DNA of 64,000 nucleotides from positions 10,416,001 through 10,480,000 of the forward strand of contig NC_047028.1 in the NCBI RefSeq assembly GCF_902652985.1, in the 5' to 3' direction. A program made the position numbers and the translations under genes. The notes beneath the pieces were generated by a model. That model saw only the letters and a program-made list of their open reading frames with translations. It was not told where the DNA came from and made no database searches. Below are positions 62,129-64,000 of this stretch, piece after piece. This DNA comes from Pecten maximus (lineage: Eukaryota). Every line of letters starts with the position of its first letter. Position 1 is the first letter of the stretch.

Positions 62129-64000
62129 TATGTACACGTCTCTAATATGTCAATTGTGGAATTCCAAATCTGAAACCTGAAATAAAATACTTATAAAACG
62201 TATTATTTCATCAAAACCATGAATACATTCTTGCAATTTCGAAGTGATCAATAAATGCATTAATATTTTATAAAACAATAATTGACCGAGTCAAGTGAAA
62301 AAGATCATCTATCGGTGACTCCGCCCACCTGCGGTGTAGTCTAATTGGATTAGTTTATATAACTTTGGCGCCTGTCTAGCTGTCAACTAACCCGCGTCTC
62401 CGCCTCACTTGTGTTCAATGGAAGACGAGTGACAGGTGACGAAAGCCATCAGTAGGCGGAGTCACGTAACTCCCTCACCATCAGTTTGCTTATTTCTATT
62501 CTAATATAAAAAGAATATTTTGTTGCTACCAGAAACATGAAAAAATAAAGTCATTTTATTACCAAATGTAATTTTCTGCATCTTGTACTGCTGCAACAAC
62601 ACGTGTACAAAAATGACCGTTTGTTGCCCGAGTGAATAATCATCAATTACTCTTATTGATGACTACGTAATACCACCAATTGGCTTTTTGAAGTGTAAGT
62701 TCTATCGATTTAAGTTGTGCATTTTCGAGATTTTTTTAACACATTTCGTGAAGGGATCGACTTTGAAAAGGGCCGTTTTTAGAGGTACTGATCGTTTATT
62801 GTCGGAACAATGTGGTAGGGTAGGGTTTATCTAGATCCCAAGAAGATGGTTCTTATCACACTAGGTATCAGCCCAATATGGTCGGATAAAAAATAAAATC
62901 AGTGGCCTTTTTATTTTGGATATAAGGGACTTAAGATTTTTAATTGATCTGTCCTTGGTTAAACAAATGTAGGAGTATAGTATGTCCCTGCATGTACAAA
63001 CTTGTACACATTTATCTTCCCGAAATGGCACGAATTATCACTTTTTATTTCAGTTAAAATCCATCGACCGTTTTTTCTATTATTTGATACGAATCTCGTA
63101 TCATGATTCACAATTTGGTTGCAGACTCTAACTTTGAAATACTGCAATACATTTTGACAGATTATAATATTTTTTACACGCGGACTCCTCTGTACACTCC
63201 ATGTAAAACATTTATTTCATACAGTTTTCGATGCCATTTCACATTCTTATCCCATATGCACGTTCTTTTTATCATTATATCAACAAGTTTTTATCAGTAT
63301 TTCATTTCGAGTTTCAAACTTTGAAATAGATTTTGAAGAACTGTTGGATATAGGACAGTTTCCAATGCCAGTTGACTGTTTTAATTGTATTTCATTTCAG
63401 ATTTCAAACTCTCTAAGTTATATGATTATAATATACACGCATTTCAAAAGAATCATATGTTAGATATGATTTTTTTTCTTCCTTTAATTTCTCTTAAAAG
63501 TCTGTTGTCTAATACCTTTATTTAATATATTACTGTATCATTTTCTATGTTATACTACTTGTACTTATACTTTCTTGCTGTGTTAACAATCAATGTTTGA
63601 AATGAGAAAAACAATAAATAATATACTTACACAAAAGAAACATCTACATATGTGTACATGTATTTGTTTTAATTTACTTGTATACTTTAATTCTTACCAC
63701 GTTGAAACAGAATCCCATTTTTTAGGCAAATATATCTTTTATAACCAAGAACATCAAAAACTTTATAATCATGACAAAACAGTGAATGCTGAATTTCTAA
63801 ATTACTGTTATGATTCTAAATTTTATTTCTTAATGACAAAGGAGGAAGTACAGCTGGTTTTAGCTAGCACAATATTTAACCTTTTAAAGAAGAGACAGGA
63901 CAGGAAAAAGGGTAAGAAATGCCAAGACAACTGCCAAAAAAATAAAAGTTTAGGATACTCTAAAAGTAAAATTTGTTTTTTTCAAAAGGTTTCATACAAA

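Overview
AT-rich, intron-rich animal genomic DNA; the repeat families suggest a mollusc, probably a bivalve (inference). Host genes: the first five coding exons of TPP2 (minus strand, continuing off the left edge), two complete tandem SLC5 sodium:solute symporter paralogs of the SMCT/SMVT/NIS subfamily (plus strand, 15 and 16 coding exons), and the first three exons of ZC3H13 (plus strand, continuing off the right edge). The most unusual feature is a very young 6,784-bp Ty3/Gypsy LTR retrotransposon at 14879-21662 (minus strand). It has 837-bp LTRs differing at one base, a TATA target-site duplication, a tRNA-Leu PBS and a PPT. Its Gag carries an N-terminal two-helix transmembrane hairpin. Its Pol has intact protease, RT and RNase H but no integrase, and ends instead in a C2H2 zinc finger, followed after a single in-frame TAA by an acidic tail with a TQT motif. 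Gag and Pol are linked by a G_UUA_AAC slippery site plus a predicted pseudoknot. The introns hold many non-autonomous elements (hAT-like, Helentron-type with satellite arrays, long palindromes, SINE, Penelope and CR1/L2 relics) and minisatellites, two of which copy neighbouring splice sites. All calls were made by eye; no database searches were run.
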